Source: Mycolicibacterium smegmatis
GTDB lineage: Bacteria > Actinomycetota > Actinomycetes > Mycobacteriales > Mycobacteriaceae
Assembly (NCBI RefSeq): GCF_001457595.1
Contig: NZ_LN831039.1
Location: forward strand, 5,070,001-5,102,000
Direction: 5' to 3'
Length of the DNA: 32,000 nt
Position 1 is the first letter of the stretch. Each line of letters starts with the position of its first letter. The translations under genes were made by a program, and so were the position numbers. The notes under the pieces are model-generated. The model was not told where the DNA came from. It ran no database searches and was given only the letters and a program-made list of their open reading frames with translations. Of the stretch, positions 14,299-22,636 are shown in pieces.

Positions 14299-15188
14299 GC
14301 GAAATTCTGTACCGCCTCGGCCACCCGGCGCAGCTGATCGATGTTGGCGCTCGTCGGGATCAGGTGGATCTCGTCGGTGCCGATGTCCTCGAACTTGCCG
14401 AGCAGCTCGACCAGATCGTCCTCGGTGCCCGCCCACCCGGTGGTGGGCGCCATGGCGTCGACGTACTCGGCCGGGATCCAGTTCATGTAGCGGAGCAGAT
14501 GCCGGTGGACCTGGGCGCGGGCCACCTCGGGCTCGCCGAGCGCGAACCAGAACGACGTCGCCAGATGCGGTTTCGGCTTGCCCTCCTGCGCCCAGGCCGA
14601 CCTCGCGATCTGGAACAGCTCGGCCTGCTTGCCGAGGTCGAGGTCCAGCGTGGTGCCCGCGACACCGTCGGCCCATGCCGCGGCGTCGCGCACGGTCTTC
14701 GGGCCTATGGTGCCGATGTGCAGCGGCGGTCCGCCGGTCTGCGCTGGTGGCGGTCCGACCGGCAGCACCGATTCGGTGACCTTCTCGCCGGCCCACACGC
14801 GCTTCATCACCGCGACCGCGTCCGCGAGCCCCTTGCGGTTCTGCGCCGACAGGTCGGCGCCCACGGCTCGGTAGTCCTCTTCGCGCCCGCCGATGCCGAG
14901 GCCGACGGTCAGCCTGCCGCCGCTGAGCATGTCGCCGGTGGCCAGGGCCTTCGCGAGCGCCACCGGATCGTGCAGTTGCGGGACGATCACCGTGGTCACC
15001 AGCCGCACGCGGTCGGTCCACGCCGCGAGCGCTCCCAGCAGGGTCAGGCTGTCCGGATTGTCGAACGCGATGCGTTCGCCCCAGCACAACGACGAGAACG
15101 GGCCACCGTCGATGACGTGTGCCCACGCCCGCAGTGTGGCCGCATCCAACTGTGGTTCCATGACCGGCAGGGTCATCCCAATCCGCAC
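14295..15188 (-). CDS. LLM-class (luciferase-like) flavin/F420-dependent oxidoreductase
   Basis: 297 aa. MRIGMTLPVME...RLVTTVIVPQLHDPVALAKALATGDMLSGGRLTVGLGIGGREEDY is typical of actinobacterial luciferase-like monooxygenases. GTG start at 15188; an ATG at 15176 is an alternative. Confidence 0.87.
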   Translation of the reverse strand: MRIGMTLPVMEPQLDAATLRAWAHVIDGGPFSSLCWGERIAFDNPDSLTLLGALAAWTDRVRLVTTVIVPQLHDPVALAKALATGDMLSGGRLTVGLGIGGREEDYRAVGADLSAQNRKGLADAVAVMKRVWAGEKVTESVLPVGPPPAQTGGPPLHIGTIGPKTVRDAAAWADGVAGTTLDLDLGKQAELFQIARSAWAQEGKPKPHLATSFWFALGEPEVARAQVHRHLLRYMNWIPAEYVDAMAPTTGWAGTEDDLVELLGKFEDIGTDEIHLIPTSANIDQLRRVAEAVQNFA

Positions 15189-15281
15189 TGATCGAGTCTC
15201 CCATCGAGGGGTGGTTAACCCCCACCCGGCTCTGGGGAAAACGCTGTGTCGCCGGGCGCGCAGAGTTCGTAAGTTGAAGGC

Positions 15282-16556
15282 ATGGCTGCAATCAGCGCAA
15301 CCGTGACAAGACCACGCAACATCGGTGTGGTGCCGGCCGCCTCCATGGTCACCGGCGCCGCGATAGCGACGGTGTGGTTCTGGATACCGTTGGCAATAAT
15401 GATCATTGGCGTTTCATCGATACCTTCGGTGATCGGCTTCCTGCTCGCGGGCGTGGTGTTCATCTACCTCATGCGCGGCGTCGAGTGGGTGGAACGCGCC
15501 CGCAGCGAGGCGGTTTTCGCCCTCAACATCAGCATTCCGCCGCGTCCGCGCACGCACCACAGCGGTTTCCAGGGCTGGGCGCACCAGCTGTGGCTCGACG
15601 TCAGCTGCACCCGGTTCTGGAAGGGCGTGGCGCACCACTACCTGCGGATGATCTACGACCTGCTGGCGGCCGGAATCGCGTTCGCGTTGCTCGCGTTCGC
15701 GTTCATCGGCCCGGCCGCGTCCATGGCCATCCGCGACAGCGACGACGACGCGGGACTGGTGTTCCTCTCACCGCCGATCGCGTGGCTCCTGGCGGTCATC
15801 GCGGTCGCCGCGGCCGCGGCCATCCTGGTGTTCGCGCCCGCGCTCGACGCGGCGATCGACCGGTGGCTGCTCTCACCGTCGCCCACGGCGGCCCTTCAGC
15901 ACCGGGTCAACGCGCTCGCCGACGCGCGGGAGGGCGCGGTCTCGTCGGCGCAGACCGAGCGCCACCGCATCGAGCGCGACCTCCACGACAGCGTGCAACC
16001 ACGCCTGGTGTCGCTGGCCATGACCATCGGCCTGGCGCAGACCAAGCTGGATTCGGACCTGCCCGCGGCCAAGGAGCTGATCGCCGAGGCACACGACGAG
16101 GCCAAGAACGCGCTGGTGGAGTTGCGCAACGTCGTGCGCGGCATCGCCCCGACGATCCTGGCCGACCGCGGCCTGGACGCAGCCTTGTCGTCGGTGGCGC
16201 AGCGCGCGCAGAACTCCGGTGTGCCAACCACATTGGACGTGCATCTACCGCACCGGCTGCCCGACGAGGTGGAGTCCGTCGCGTACTTCGTGGCGGCCGA
16301 GGCGCTCACCAACGTGATCAGGCACGCCCAGGCCAACCAGGCCGTGGTGACCGTGCGTCTCGACGAACCGAGCGCGACGCTGCACGTCTCGGTGTTCGAC
16401 GACGGCAAGGGCGGCGCGCGCATCGAATCGGACGCCAACGCGACCGGCCTGCGCGGGCTCGCCGAACGTGTGCGTGCGGCAGGCGGAACCTTCGACGTGT
16501 CCAGCCCGGCGACCGGGCCGACGATCGTGACGGCGGTGCTGCCATGCGGATCGTGA
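15282..16556 (+). CDS. Sensor histidine kinase (HisKA_3/NarL-partner class) with an N-terminal multi-TM sensor region
   Basis: H-box ERHRIERDLHDSVQPRLVSL. HATPase motifs EALTNVIRHA (N box), DDGKGG (G1) and GLRGLAERV (G2). Several N-terminal TM helices. Confidence 0.92.
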   Translation: MAAISATVTRPRNIGVVPAASMVTGAAIATVWFWIPLAIMIIGVSSIPSVIGFLLAGVVFIYLMRGVEWVERARSEAVFALNISIPPRPRTHHSGFQGWAHQLWLDVSCTRFWKGVAHHYLRMIYDLLAAGIAFALLAFAFIGPAASMAIRDSDDDAGLVFLSPPIAWLLAVIAVAAAAAILVFAPALDAAIDRWLLSPSPTAALQHRVNALADAREGAVSSAQTERHRIERDLHDSVQPRLVSLAMTIGLAQTKLDSDLPAAKELIAEAHDEAKNALVELRNVVRGIAPTILADRGLDAALSSVAQRAQNSGVPTTLDVHLPHRLPDEVESVAYFVAAEALTNVIRHAQANQAVVTVRLDEPSATLHVSVFDDGKGGARIESDANATGLRGLAERVRAAGGTFDVSSPATGPTIVTAVLPCGS

Positions 16557-17188
16557 TCGCAGAGGATTCGGCGCTGCTGCGCGCCGGTATCGAACGGATA
16601 CTCGCCGACGCCGGTCACGACGTGATCGCGGGGGTGCCCGACGCGACGAACCTGCTGAACCTGGTCAACGAGCATCGGCCCGACCTGGCGATCCTCGACG
16701 TGCGCATGCCGCCGACGTTCACCGACGAGGGCATCCGGGCCGCCGCACTGTTGCGCAAACAGAATCCTGAATCCCCCGTGCTGGTGCTGTCGCATTACGT
16801 CGAAGAGCGTTATGCCTCCGACCTGATCGCCTCGGACACAAAGGGTTTCGGTTATCTGCTCAAAGACCGGGTGGCCGACGTGCCAGCGTTCCTCGACGCC
16901 GTCGAGGTGGTGGGGCGCGGCGGAACGGTGCTCGACCCAGAGGTGGTGAGTCAGATCTTGGTCCGTTCCCATCGACGTAGCGCGCTGGACCAACTGACCC
17001 CGCGCGAACACGACGTCCTGCAACTCATGGCCGAGGGCAAGACCAACTCGGCGATCGCCTCGGCCCTGCACATCTCGATCGGCTCCGCCGAGAAACACAT
17101 CGCATCGATCTTCACCAAGCTCGACCTGGCCCCCGACGAGAGCGAGAACCGCCGCGTGCTGGCGGTCCTGCGCTTCCTCGAGACCTAG
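16544..17188 (+). CDS. Response regulator, NarL/LuxR family
   Basis: Receiver domain MRIVIAEDSALLR...PDLAILDVRMP carries the phospho-acceptor Asp. The C-terminal LuxR HTH reads LTPREHDVLQLMAEGKTNSAIASALHISIGSAEKHIASIFTKL. The start overlaps the kinase stop by 13 nt. Upstream codons of track ORF 15374 are rejected. Confidence 0.93.
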   Translation: MRIVIAEDSALLRAGIERILADAGHDVIAGVPDATNLLNLVNEHRPDLAILDVRMPPTFTDEGIRAAALLRKQNPESPVLVLSHYVEERYASDLIASDTKGFGYLLKDRVADVPAFLDAVEVVGRGGTVLDPEVVSQILVRSHRRSALDQLTPREHDVLQLMAEGKTNSAIASALHISIGSAEKHIASIFTKLDLAPDESENRRVLAVLRFLET

Positions 17189-17205
17189 ATCGGAAAGGAT
17201 CCATC

Positions 17206-18093
17206 GTGACCGTCACCGCGCCCCCGATCGAACCCGGGATCGAACCGCCGCCCCGGCTGTCCCCCGGCGGCCGCACCACGTTCCGCTTCCTGCTGGTCGC
17301 CGCGGCCGCGGTGATCCTCACCGCGGCGCTGGTGGGCCTGGGCGTCGCCGCGTGGGGTGTCAACGCCGTACGCGTCGTCACCGACCACCAGGCCCTGCCC
17401 GCGACCATGCGATCGGTGGTGATCGACACCGCGCGGGTGCCGATCGCGATCCGCATCGTCGCCGACCGCGAGACCCGGGAGGCCACCGCGAACCTGCGAC
17501 TGCTCAACACCACGCACAGCGGCGAGCACCGTCTCGGGGTGGTCAACGAGGGCCCCGACACCCGGATCACGATCGAGGGCAATCCGTCACCGGCGCTCGA
17601 ATGGGCCCGCGGCGGGGAGATCACCATCTCGCTGCCACCCGAGCAGGCCCGCAGGCTCACGGTGCGCACCGAGCAGAAGATCGGCGCCGTCATCGCCTCG
17701 GCCGACATCGACCAGCTGATCGCGAACAACACCGAAGGTGCGATCGTGCTCGGCGGGGCGGCGCGCAACATCGAACTGAACACCGTCAACGGCGAGGTGA
17801 TCTCGCGGGATCCCATCGCGGTCGCCGAACGGTTCAGTGCCACGACGTCCGACGGCGACATCGAGGTCGACTTCCGCGACAAGGCGCCGCGCACCATCGA
17901 CGCGGTCAGCCGCTCCGGTGACGTGATCCTCGGGGTGCCGGGACCCGGCCCCTACCTGGTGCACGCCGACTCGCGCGCGTCGACCAAGGTACGGGTGAAC
18001 GAGACCGGAAGTCCCAGCGCCGCGGCCGGCGAGATCACGGCACGCTCGGTCACCGGCGAGGTGGTCGTCGAGGACATCGCCCTCGACGAGTGA
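17206..18093 (+). CDS. DUF4097/LiaG-like membrane-anchored beta-repeat protein
   Basis: GTG start is preceded by GGAAAGGA. There is a single TM segment (FRFLLVAAAAVILTAALVGLGVAAW). Repeated motifs NGEVISRD, DGDIEVDF, SGDVILGV and TGEVVVED are typical of DUF4097 proteins that follow LiaS/LiaR-like systems. Confidence 0.75.
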   Translation: MTVTAPPIEPGIEPPPRLSPGGRTTFRFLLVAAAAVILTAALVGLGVAAWGVNAVRVVTDHQALPATMRSVVIDTARVPIAIRIVADRETREATANLRLLNTTHSGEHRLGVVNEGPDTRITIEGNPSPALEWARGGEITISLPPEQARRLTVRTEQKIGAVIASADIDQLIANNTEGAIVLGGAARNIELNTVNGEVISRDPIAVAERFSATTSDGDIEVDFRDKAPRTIDAVSRSGDVILGVPGPGPYLVHADSRASTKVRVNETGSPSAAAGEITARSVTGEVVVEDIALDE

Positions 18094-19116
18094 TCACGGG
18101 ACCAGCCGGCCCATGATCTCGGCGACGGTTCCGGGCCCGATGGCCCGGAACCCGGTGCCCGCCCAGATGTTGGTGGCGTGCGGATCACCCGCCGCCACCG
18201 ACGCCTTGCGCACCGGGCTGGTCAGGTAGTGGACCTCCGGGTAGCCGAACGGGGCCTGCGCCTCGTGGTCGACGACGAAGCGGTTGCGCAGCCCGCGGGC
18301 GTAGCGACCCGAAAACGCCCGTGTGACCACGGTTTCGGTGAATTCAGGGTTCTGCAGCGCGGCGCGGTGCACGTCGCTGCTACCGGCCTCCTCGGCCAGC
18401 AGGAACGCCGTACCCAGTTGCGCGGCAACGGCTCCCGCGGCCAGTACACCGGCCACATCGTCCGCGGTCACCAGACCGCCCGCGGCGATCACCGGCATGT
18501 CCATCGCCGCGACCACATCGTCGAGCAGTTCCTCCAGCGACTGGGTGGCCGGCGCCGCGGCGGGGTCGAACGTGCCGCGGTGCCCACCCGCGTTCGGCCC
18601 CTGCACGGCCAGCGCGTCGACGCCACGGCCATCGGCCTGCTCGGCCTCGTCGTAGCTGGTCACGGTGGCGACCGTGGTGATGCCGGCCTGGCGCAGGCGC
18701 TTGACCTCGTCGTCGTCGGGCAAGCCGAACGTGAACGACACGACCTCGGGCCGCAGATCTGCCACCACGTCGAGCTTGGCGGCCCAGGCGTCGTCGTCAT
18801 AGCGCGGCTCACCGAGTGCGACGCCGTAGCGCTCGGCCTCACCCGCCAGTGCCTGCGCGTAGGCCGCGATCTGCTCGGGTGTACCCGCACTCGGTTGCGG
18901 TGCAAAAAGATTCACACCGATCGGCTCCGAGGTGAGTTCACGTGTGGCCTTGATGCGTTCGGCCAGCGCGTCGGCGGTCAGGTACCCCGCGGCGATGAAC
19001 CCGAGGCCGCCGGCGTTGCTGCCCGCGGCCGCCAGCGCAGGCGTCGACGGGCCACCCGCCATCGGCGCGACGATCACCGGCCTCGTCAGCCCCCGCAGAT
19101 CGAAATCACCCATCAC
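18094..19116 (-). CDS. Nitronate monooxygenase (2-nitropropane dioxygenase family, FMN-dependent)
   Basis: PVIVAPMAGGPSTPALAAAGSNAGGLGFIAAG...VQGPNAGGHRGTF...PVIAAGG are typical NMO motifs. The start is either GTG at 19116 or ATG at 19113. Confidence 0.9.
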   Translation of the reverse strand: MMGDFDLRGLTRPVIVAPMAGGPSTPALAAAGSNAGGLGFIAAGYLTADALAERIKATRELTSEPIGVNLFAPQPSAGTPEQIAAYAQALAGEAERYGVALGEPRYDDDAWAAKLDVVADLRPEVVSFTFGLPDDDEVKRLRQAGITTVATVTSYDEAEQADGRGVDALAVQGPNAGGHRGTFDPAAAPATQSLEELLDDVVAAMDMPVIAAGGLVTADDVAGVLAAGAVAAQLGTAFLLAEEAGSSDVHRAALQNPEFTETVVTRAFSGRYARGLRNRFVVDHEAQAPFGYPEVHYLTSPVRKASVAAGDPHATNIWAGTGFRAIGPGTVAEIMGRLVP

Positions 19117-19646
19117 CGCACCGCCTTTCCGAACATCAACACATCCTGGGGTTCATTGCCGAGGTTGGGGAACACGCTGTACCGCACGAGGCGGCCCTCC
19201 AGGGTCAGGCCGCAGTGCCGCAGCACGCCGGCAGAACCCGCGTTGTCCACATGGCAGTACGCCGAGATCCGATACACGCGCGGATCGCGCTCGGTGTCGT
19301 CGATCAGCACCGACATCGCCTCGGACATGAGTCCGCGCCGCCACCAGGGCCGCCCCAGACAGTAGCCCAGTTCGACCTCGTGTGCCTGCGGCCGGCGCCT
19401 GCCACACAACCCCACCACCTCACCATCGGCCTCGATCAGCCACGACTCCTCGGATCCGATGTTGAACAACGTCGTGATGACACGGCGCGTTTCCGCCACA
19501 TCCGCATGAGGTTTCCAGGACAGGTACCGCGTGACCTCGGGATCTGACGCTACCCGCGTGTACAGGGCCTCGGCGTCATCGGGCACGGGTTCGCGCAGGC
19601 GCACACGCGGGCCGGTCAGCGTCGGGACGTGCAGCATGGTTCCCAT
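19113..19646 (-). CDS. GNAT-family N-acetyltransferase (RimJ/RimL-like)
   Basis: 177 aa. The text LTGPRVRLREPVPDDAEALY...GYCLGRPWWRRGLMSEA shows the acetyl-CoA-binding region pattern. Its stop overlaps the NMO start. Confidence 0.85.
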   Translation of the reverse strand: MGTMLHVPTLTGPRVRLREPVPDDAEALYTRVASDPEVTRYLSWKPHADVAETRRVITTLFNIGSEESWLIEADGEVVGLCGRRRPQAHEVELGYCLGRPWWRRGLMSEAMSVLIDDTERDPRVYRISAYCHVDNAGSAGVLRHCGLTLEGRLVRYSVFPNLGNEPQDVLMFGKAVR

Positions 19647-19686
19647 CCTGCAGGGTTGCCGCGCTCGCGGGCCACGGGTTTACTCG

Positions 19687-20076
19687 ATGACGATGGCCAT
19701 AGCGTTCAACCACACCATCGTCGCCGCCAGGGATCGGCGGGAATCCGCCACGTTTCTCACCGAACTGTTCGGGCTTCCCGAACCGAAGGAGTTCGGCCAT
19801 TTCCTGGCCGTCGCACTCGAACACGGCGTCACCCTCGACTACGCGCAGGTCGGCGAGAGTGAGGAGATCCGGCCGCAGCACTACGCATTTCTGGTGTCCG
19901 AGGACGACTTCGACGCGATCTACGGCAAGATCCGCGACCGGAACCTGCCGCACTGGGCCGATCCGCGCGGCAGCAGGCCCGGCGAGATCAACCACAACGA
20001 CGGCGGACGCGGCGTGTACTTCCAGGACCCGTCCGGGCACTATCTGGAGATCATCACGCGCCCGTACGGCGGCTGA
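19687..20076 (+). CDS. VOC (glyoxalase/bleomycin-resistance/dioxygenase) family protein
   Basis: 129 aa from MTMAIAFNHTIVAARDRRESATFLTELFGL. Continues ...HYAFLVSEDDFDAIYGKI...GVYFQDPSGHYLEIITRPYG. The upstream 52 codons of the track ORF are rejected. Confidence 0.85.
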   Translation: MTMAIAFNHTIVAARDRRESATFLTELFGLPEPKEFGHFLAVALEHGVTLDYAQVGESEEIRPQHYAFLVSEDDFDAIYGKIRDRNLPHWADPRGSRPGEINHNDGGRGVYFQDPSGHYLEIITRPYGG

Positions 20077-20547
20077 TCAGCCGTGGCCGCGCTGTTCTTC
20101 CTGAGCGCGGTAGACGTCGGCCAGTTTCACGACGTGGGCAGGCAACGCCCCGGCCGCCACGTCGGAAAGACTGGTCTCCTCCAGCACCGAGCGCATGCTG
20201 GCGCGCAGGGCCCGCCACACATCCGTCAGCGCGGCCGTCGGCCCGGAATACGGCAGGTCGCCGAGCCCGATGTCGCGCACGCTGGCCAGCGGACCGTCGA
20301 TGCAACGCAGCACGTCGGCGATGCTGATCGCGTCGGCAGGCCGCGCCAGCGCGTATCCGCCGTCGCGGCCGCGGTGGCTGCGCACCAGCCGATCGGTGCG
20401 CAGGTCGGACAGGATGTCGACGAGGAACTGTGCGGGGATGCCCTGGGCCCTGGCCAGATCGTCGGTTTTCAGCAGTTCGCCGTCGCTGACGGTGGCCAAC
20501 TGAACCATGGCGCGGACGGCATACTCCGCCTTCGCCGACATCCGCAT
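20077..20547 (-). CDS. Rrf2-family transcriptional regulator
   Basis: [18 protein letters not shown]...[46 protein letters not shown] is a canonical Rrf2 winged helix. Its position corresponds to Rv1287, next to cysN, in M. tuberculosis. Confidence 0.9.
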   Translation of the reverse strand: MRMSAKAEYAVRAMVQLATVSDGELLKTDDLARAQGIPAQFLVDILSDLRTDRLVRSHRGRDGGYALARPADAISIADVLRCIDGPLASVRDIGLGDLPYSGPTAALTDVWRALRASMRSVLEETSLSDVAAGALPAHVVKLADVYRAQEEQRGHG

Positions 20548-20589
20548 GCCCTGGATTCTGCCAGCCCACCGGTGCGGGCCGGCCTCCAC

Positions 20590-21264
20590 CTACCGTGCGC
20601 GCGTGTTGCGCAGATCGCCGGTCATGCCGCGCACCGACGGCGGCAGCGGGGTTCCGGCAGGGACGTCCGGGGCGGTGAGCGGCGCACCGTACCGCGTCGT
20701 CAGCGGGACGACGCCGGCCCACCCGCCGGCCGCGATGTCGTCGTCGGCGTCGTCGGGCCACCCCTCGCTGAGCTTGAGCGACCAGTTGTCGTCGCCGATC
20801 GGGAGTGCCAACGCGAGCGTCGCCGCGAGTTCCTTGCGCGTGCTCGCGCGCAGTTCGGCGGTGCGGCCCGGGATGAAGCGGTCGGTCAGCGCGTCCAGAT
20901 ACCCGGGTTTGGCGTCCTCGGCGATCACCGCGAACGTGCCGAACAGCGTCGCGCTGCGGTAGCGGAACGACGATTCGAAACTGCTGCGCGCCACCACCAC
21001 ACCGTCGAGCGCGGTCACCGACACCGCGGCGGGCGCACCCTCGGCGAGTGCGCGCAGCCACGGTGATCCGGTGGAGCCGTGGATCACCAATTCGTCGCCG
21101 ACCCTGCCGAATCCGATCGGGAACGCGACGGGATGACCGTCGCGCACCAGTGCGACGGTGGCCAGCGGGATGGTGTCGAGCAGATCGTCCAGCCGTTCGC
21201 GCGACGTGCTCTGCTTCTCATCGAGACGCGTGACGCGAGTGGATGGTTTCGAGACGTCGGTCAA
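20590..21264 (-). CDS. Pyridoxamine 5'-phosphate oxidase-like (FMN-binding split-barrel) family protein
   Basis: TRLDEKQSTSRERLDDLLDTIPLATVALVRDGHPVAFPIGFGRVGDELVIHGSTGS is typical of this family. The only in-frame start near the conserved region is a TTG at 21264, overlapping the upstream stop (TTGA). The upstream 65 track codons are rejected. Confidence 0.7.
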   Translation of the reverse strand: MTDVSKPSTRVTRLDEKQSTSRERLDDLLDTIPLATVALVRDGHPVAFPIGFGRVGDELVIHGSTGSPWLRALAEGAPAAVSVTALDGVVVARSSFESSFRYRSATLFGTFAVIAEDAKPGYLDALTDRFIPGRTAELRASTRKELAATLALALPIGDDNWSLKLSEGWPDDADDDIAAGGWAGVVPLTTRYGAPLTAPDVPAGTPLPPSVRGMTGDLRNTRAR

Positions 21265-21857
21265 TCCGGGATGCTTCCCACGTCCGGGACGACGACGGCG
21301 AACAGATCGGCGATGGCCGCCAGGCTCGCCGACTGCATGGCCGAGGCGGGAACCAGATTGCCGTCGGGGCCGGGCAGCGAACGCGTCGCGGTCGCTGCGG
21401 CCACCACGGTCGGGGCGAACCCGAGGTTGAACGCGCCGCGCGCCGTGGAGTTGACGCACATATGCGTCATGAACCCGGCCAGCACCAGGTTCGAGGCGCT
21501 CACGGCCTGCAGGCGCTCCTGAAGATCGGTCTGCACGAACGAGTTCGGGAAGTTCTTGACCACCACGGGCTCGTCGCCGCGCGGCGCCACCGAGTCGACG
21601 ATCGCGCCGATCTCCTCACGGACGTCGTACGGCGAACCCGGTCCTGAATCGTGCTGGATGTGGATGATCGGGATTCCCGCGGTGCGGGCGCGGTCGAGCA
21701 GTTCGGCCGTCGCGTCGAGCGCGGCCTGCACGCCCTCGAGCTCCATGACACCCCGGGTGTAGGTGTTCTGGCAGTCGATCAGCACCAGCGCCGAGTCCGC
21801 GAGGCGCACCGGCTCGGCGGGCAGGCTGGAGATCTCACGCAGTGTGGGTCGGGTCAC
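21261..21857 (-). CDS. Isochorismatase-family cysteine hydrolase
   Basis: ALVLIDCQNTY...VVVKNFPNSF...LVLAGFMTHMCVNSTARGA shows the Asp/Lys/Cys triad context of isochorismatase-like hydrolases. Confidence 0.87.
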   Translation of the reverse strand: MTRPTLREISSLPAEPVRLADSALVLIDCQNTYTRGVMELEGVQAALDATAELLDRARTAGIPIIHIQHDSGPGSPYDVREEIGAIVDSVAPRGDEPVVVKNFPNSFVQTDLQERLQAVSASNLVLAGFMTHMCVNSTARGAFNLGFAPTVVAAATATRSLPGPDGNLVPASAMQSASLAAIADLFAVVVPDVGSIPD

Positions 21858-21904
21858 GGCGCCAGCCTACTGACCGGCGCCTCGCGGCAACAGAGGCGCA
21901 CCGA

Positions 21905-22636
21905 TCAGGACCGCGTGACCGCCAGTACCTGCTCGGCCAGTTCGGGGCGGCACACGATCAGATCGGGCAGCCTGGGATCGCGGGCGTTGTAACGCAGCGG
22001 CGACCCGTCGATGCGCGAGGTGTGCATACCCGCCGCGCGGGCCACGGCGACGGGCGCCGCCGAATCCCACTCGTACTGGCCGCCCGCGTGCACGTACACG
22101 TCGGCGTGCCCGCGGATGACGGCGGCGACTTTGGCTCCCGCCGAACCCATTTCGACCAGCGTGCCGTCGAGCGCGTCGCGCACCGCCAGCGCGATCGCCG
22201 GCGGCCTGGTACGTGACACCACGACGCGCGGCGGCCCTTCGAGCGGCAGCGGGCCGGCCACCTCGGGTGTGGACAGCGTCATGTTCTGCGCGGGCAGCGC
22301 GACCGCCCCCGCGACCAGCTCCCCCGCTTGCCACAGCGCCACGTGCACGGCCCAGTCCTCGCGGCCGAGTTCGGAGAACTCGCGTGTGCCGTCGAGCGGG
22401 TCGACGATCCACACCCGCTCGGCGTCCAGCCGCGCGGGATCGTCGACACCCTCCTCGGACAGCACCGCGTCACCGGGGCGCTGCCTGGCCAGCTCGGCCA
22501 TGAGGAAATCGTGGGACTGCTTGTCGCCCGCGGCCTTACGGTCCTGCGCCGGCGCGTCGGCGAAATCGGCACGCACGTCGAGCAGCAGGTCCCCGGCGCG
22601 GGTCGCGAGCCGGGCGGCCAGCTCGTGGTCGTTCAC
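21905..22636 (-). CDS. cysQ: 3'(2'),5'-bisphosphate nucleotidase (inositol monophosphatase family)
   Basis: IMPase motifs SEE, WIVDPLDGTREF and WDSAAP. Its start overlaps the cysNC stop, within a sulfate-activation operon. Confidence 0.87.
   Translation of the reverse strand: MNDHELAARLATRAGDLLLDVRADFADAPAQDRKAAGDKQSHDFLMAELARQRPGDAVLSEEGVDDPARLDAERVWIVDPLDGTREFSELGREDWAVHVALWQAGELVAGAVALPAQNMTLSTPEVAGPLPLEGPPRVVVSRTRPPAIALAVRDALDGTLVEMGSAGAKVAAVIRGHADVYVHAGGQYEWDSAAPVAVARAAGMHTSRIDGSPLRYNARDPRLPDLIVCRPELAEQVLAVTRS

Noticed and set aside
15189-15281. GGTTAACC palindrome flanked by G and C runs upstream of the kinase gene, as a possible regulator site
   Set aside because: The flanks do not extend the symmetry, and a lone 8-bp palindrome is too short to call a site.
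14299-15291. N-terminal 331 codons of the 557-aa track ORF 13618-15291
   Set aside because: This stretch overlaps the LLM oxidoreductase gene in another frame and is Arg/Gly/Pro/His-rich nonsense. DUF899 homology begins at the Met encoded at 14298, which also overlaps the LLM stop (ATGA).
15374-16543. Upstream 390 codons of the 604-aa track ORF 15374-17188
   Set aside because: It lies out of frame over the histidine kinase gene and is Arg/Gly/Pro-rich. The receiver domain starts at the ATG at 16544.
15896-19365. Long antisense ORFs over the kinase, regulator, DUF4097 and NMO genes (15896-17098, 17112-17897, 17352-17921, 18178-19365)
   Set aside because: Each overlaps a CDS with clear family motifs. 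Their composition is dominated by Arg, Gly, Ala, Pro and Ser, as expected for non-coding frames in roughly 70% GC DNA.
20054-21459. ORFs 20054-21061 (minus), 20083-21066 (plus) and the N-terminal extension of 20590-21459
   Set aside because: These are Arg/Gly/Pro-rich shadow frames over the Rrf2 and PNPOx-like genes and match no family.
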